Positions 35,537 to 37,971 of a DNA stretch of 37,971 nucleotides are shown one piece after another; within the stretch, counting starts at the first letter, position 1; every line of letters begins with the position of its first letter. The stretch covers positions 1 through 37,971 of the forward strand of contig JAGXNU010000002.1 in NCBI GenBank assembly GCA_019894815.1, given 5' to 3'. The notes under the pieces were generated by a model. It did not search any database. It saw only the letters and a program-made list of their open reading frames with translations, and was not told the DNA's origin. The position numbers were made by a program, and so were the translations under genes. Source of the stretch: Promethearchaeota archaeon (GTDB lineage: Archaea; Asgardarchaeota; Lokiarchaeia; Sigyniarchaeales; SOKP01).

Positions 35537-35847
35537 TATCCTTAATCCGTTTTGAGTACATTATTTATCTCAGTTTATCCTATAAAATTAGACCTATTAA
35601 CATATAAATTTTACTTATAGCTCAAAATTAAGAAGAAAAAAAGAAAAATAAAATCCATAAGATATTGTTTAAAATGAGTTAATTAAGAGGGCGAAATACA
35701 GATTTTTTTTTCCATTCTAAGAATGAATTAAATGAGAACTATAAAAACTCCCTATGAAATTTTTACCCTTCAACTAGTTTTTATAAAAAAGTAAGATTAG
35801 AACCATTTTTCACAAAAAATATAACATTTTAATTATTTAATTAAATA

Positions 35848-37266
35848 ATGGAAAATCAAAATCGCTTGGATCAGAGTCTCTTTAATCCAAAACATATTGC
35901 GTTCATTGGAGCTTCAGAGAAGAGTACTTTAGGATCGATGTTATATCTAGTAGCATTTAAGGAGTCTCAATGGGCATCCACATTTTATCCTGTAAACCCA
36001 AAATATGAAAAAATAATGGATTGGAAATGTTATTCCTCAGTATTAGACATTCCTTTCCCGGTTGATACGGCTTACATATCTGTTAAAACCAAGATTATCC
36101 CAAGTGTGCTAATTGAGTGTGTAGAGAAAAAAATATCATGGGTAATTATTTTTTCATCTGGGTTCTCTGAAACTGGAGATAAAGAGGGATTTAAATTAGA
36201 GAATCATATAAAAGAGATTATTAAGGACTCCAATACACGTGTTATAGGCCCAAATTGTTTAGGTCCATTCAATGGAGAAAATGGAATGGCATTCTCTTTT
36301 ACCCCTAATAAAGGGATTTCTGGAGGAATATCCTTCATGTCTCAATCTGGAGGGCATCTTACTCAACTATTGGATGTTGGAGCTAAACGTGATTTTAGAT
36401 ATCGATATGGCGTATCTTTTGGAAATCAAGTTAATTTAAACGCTATTGATTTTTTACGATTTTATCACAATGATATTAAAACAAAGCTCATTGCGGCTTA
36501 TCTTGAGTCATTTGGCTCTGGTTATGGGAATGATTTTTATTTAGAATTGAAAGCGACCACTAAAAGTAAACCAGTAATAATTTGGAAAGGTGGTTATACT
36601 AACGATGGATCACGCGCTGCATTTTCTCACACGGGTGCAATGGCAAGCGAAATTAAATTATGGAACGTGCTTGCAAAACAAGCAGGAGCGGTCATTGTAC
36701 GTAATAATATTGAGTTTTGGAATGTTATTAAAACATTTGAATTGTTGGTACCACAATTTTTACCCAAAGGAAGAAAAGTGGGGATAATCACCCCGGGAGG
36801 GGGATCCTCCGTAAATGCAACAGATTTACTTGCGGTAAATGGATTGAAAGTACCGGAACTAACATTAGAATCGCAAAAAAAGATATCCGAAATTTTACCA
36901 AAAGAAAATGTTAACGTAAAGAATCCAGTTGATCTTGGTGCCGTTGGATTTGTCCTAGATATCTTCATTAGATGTATTGAAGTAGTAGCCAAAGATCCTA
37001 TTGTTGATATATTATTAATTCCATTATGGCCTCATTTTTTGTACAGTCACGTTTTTACCAAAATGATCAAGACGTTAAAAAAAAGTGGTAAACCTTTTGC
37101 GTTCAGTTTACCTAGTATTTCAGATTCTTTAGATGTCGCAAAGAAGTTTTCTAATGTTCAAAAAATACTACACAAACAAAGAGTTTTATATTTTTTCAAT
37201 CTGAGCGAAGCAGCCAGGAGTTTATCATTATTATGTGATTATTCTGAATACTTGCAATCACATTAG
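35848..37266 (+). CDS. ADP-forming acyl-CoA synthetase alpha subunit / CoA-binding protein
   Basis: CoA-binding start IAFIGAS, GPNCLG, SQSGG, and the phosphohistidine loop FSHTGAMAS typical of NDP-forming acyl-CoA synthetases. Confidence 0.75.
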   Translation: MENQNRLDQSLFNPKHIAFIGASEKSTLGSMLYLVAFKESQWASTFYPVNPKYEKIMDWKCYSSVLDIPFPVDTAYISVKTKIIPSVLIECVEKKISWVIIFSSGFSETGDKEGFKLENHIKEIIKDSNTRVIGPNCLGPFNGENGMAFSFTPNKGISGGISFMSQSGGHLTQLLDVGAKRDFRYRYGVSFGNQVNLNAIDFLRFYHNDIKTKLIAAYLESFGSGYGNDFYLELKATTKSKPVIIWKGGYTNDGSRAAFSHTGAMASEIKLWNVLAKQAGAVIVRNNIEFWNVIKTFELLVPQFLPKGRKVGIITPGGGSSVNATDLLAVNGLKVPELTLESQKKISEILPKENVNVKNPVDLGAVGFVLDIFIRCIEVVAKDPIVDILLIPLWPHFLYSHVFTKMIKTLKKSGKPFAFSLPSISDSLDVAKKFSNVQKILHKQRVLYFFNLSEAARSLSLLCDYSEYLQSH

Positions 37267-37269
37267 TAA

Positions 37270-37614
37270 TCAAGTAATCTTTTTTACCACTTTTTTCAAA
37301 TATTTCCTCATGAAATACCTTTCAAGCATGCAGTAGTCAATTATTTGATTGTTACTTAGCAATTTATCTTTATTATTTGATAAGGAAAGATGTATTTCCA
37401 TGACTTTGTGAAGTATATCATATAGATCCTCATCAAGTGGTTGTAAATTGACATATTTAAAATTCTGATTAAATTGTTCAGAAATTAGCATGATTTGAGT
37501 TAAATCATCTCTTTTAAGAGGTGGATCATTTGGAGCCTTAATAGAAGAGTTTTGGTTAAGGAGATAGTCTCCTTCTAATGAACCCCCAATTATTTTCACT
37601 TTTCCAGAACTCAT
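37270..37614 (-). CDS. Hypothetical protein (114 aa)
   Basis: ORF with ATG and no competing frame. No motif recognised. Confidence 0.4.
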   Translation of the reverse strand: MSSGKVKIIGGSLEGDYLLNQNSSIKAPNDPPLKRDDLTQIMLISEQFNQNFKYVNLQPLDEDLYDILHKVMEIHLSLSNNKDKLLSNNQIIDYCMLERYFMRKYLKKVVKKIT

Positions 37615-37921
37615 ATTGAGAGACCTCTTAACATTATTTTTTGAATAAATTTGTCAAATTTGCCCCAAAATCAACGCATAATTCTTTTTTTGTCGGTATT
37701 TAGAGCTACGTTAAAATACTTTTTCAAGGCACTGAGATATTAACGCTAATAATTCAATTTTACATATACTATTATTAACTCTATATTAAACTTCGTTTGA
37801 GACACATATTAACGCATTAATAATCCACGAAATAGTCAAAATCTAACAAGGACCAAGATCAAATTTAAAATGAATTAAAGAGATCAATAAATTAAATTAA
37901 TAATTATCAAATGAATAAAAA

Positions 37922-37971
37922 ATGTCTTTTATAACAGGCCTTAAGGAACTATTTAGAAAACCATTCTACAT
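37922..37971 (+). CDS. Start of an ORF running off the window (MSFITGLKELFRKPFY...)
   Basis: ATG at 37922, open to the end of the window. Only 16 codons are visible, so no call is possible. Confidence 0.25.
   Translation, partial: MSFITGLKELFRKPFY

Noticed and set aside
35328-35555. Plus-strand ORF starting at the TTG of motif copy 3. The TTG at 28775 starts the peptidase track ORF in the same way, and copy 1 gives a very short frame.
   Set aside because: The shared MEL/MER start reflects the conserved DNA motif (TTGGAGC). The downstream peptides are unrelated, and the 35328 ORF is antisense to the giant gene. I kept it only as part of the motif finding.
1071-36992. Many track ORFs nested inside or antisense to longer genes: 1071..1253, 1610..1831, 5731..5919, 7067..7288, 11815..12090, 13745..14026, 15769..16092, 16654..16905, 18819..19013, 20776..21006, 21984..22169, 26033..26254, 26451..26708, 30066..30305, 30166..30372, 32211..32549, 32572..32826, 32706..32909, 33495..33728, 33622..33831, 36590..36787, 36627..36992.
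   Set aside because: Each overlaps a longer ORF that carries clear family motifs or a far longer open frame. Their translations are low-complexity or hydrophobic shadow sequence with no motif.
1-37971. Search for CRISPR arrays, tRNA or rRNA genes, C/D-box sRNAs (TGATGA...CTGA), IS elements, integrases and inteins.
   Set aside because: No regularly spaced repeats were seen. No GC-rich cloverleaf-sized intergenic segments were seen. Every TGATGA I noticed lies inside a coding region without a properly spaced CTGA partner. No transposase or integrase motifs were recognised. This was a by-eye search, so small RNAs could have been missed.
37922-37971. The edge ORF MSFITGLKELFRKPFY resembles the N-termini of ESCRT-III/Snf7-type proteins.
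   Set aside because: Sixteen residues cannot support any family assignment.

Overview
AT-rich archaeal chromosomal fragment. GC is about 30% by eye; hand-counted 60-nt lines range from about 18% to 50%. Coding density is high. I saw no rRNA, tRNA, CRISPR array, integrase or transposase. Archaeal markers are DTD2-type deacylase, CdhE, Sec11-type signal peptidase, RNase Z and an FTR-like protein. Together with two Ras/Rab-like small GTPases (one behind a longin-like domain) and many local paralog expansions, they suggest an Asgard (Lokiarchaeia-like) genome; this is inference only. Three parts stand out. (1) 6.7-14.8 kb is a dense thiol/disulfide redox supercluster. It holds three tandem PDO-like oxidoreductases, a thioredoxin-reductase homolog lacking the NADPH motif, an overlapping ferredoxin, two HdrD-like CCG proteins, an FTR catalytic-subunit homolog, a glutaredoxin-like protein and a HEAT protein. 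(2) 16.5-27.4 kb holds mostly housekeeping and C1 genes: corrinoid protein, ABC exporter, RNase Z, HAD, CdhE. The leaders of both corrinoid-type genes are rich in palindromes and repeats. (3) 27.4-35.5 kb is an accessory block and the best candidate for an undescribed system. It holds an NYN/LabA-like protein, a SWIM-finger protein, an internally duplicated signal peptidase, a GC-rich alien gene, a 78-aa protein, an unannotated 39-aa hydrophobic peptide with its own terminator, and a 1202-aa ORFan. A roughly 40-nt motif occurs three times in this block. I cannot assign the block a function from sequence alone.
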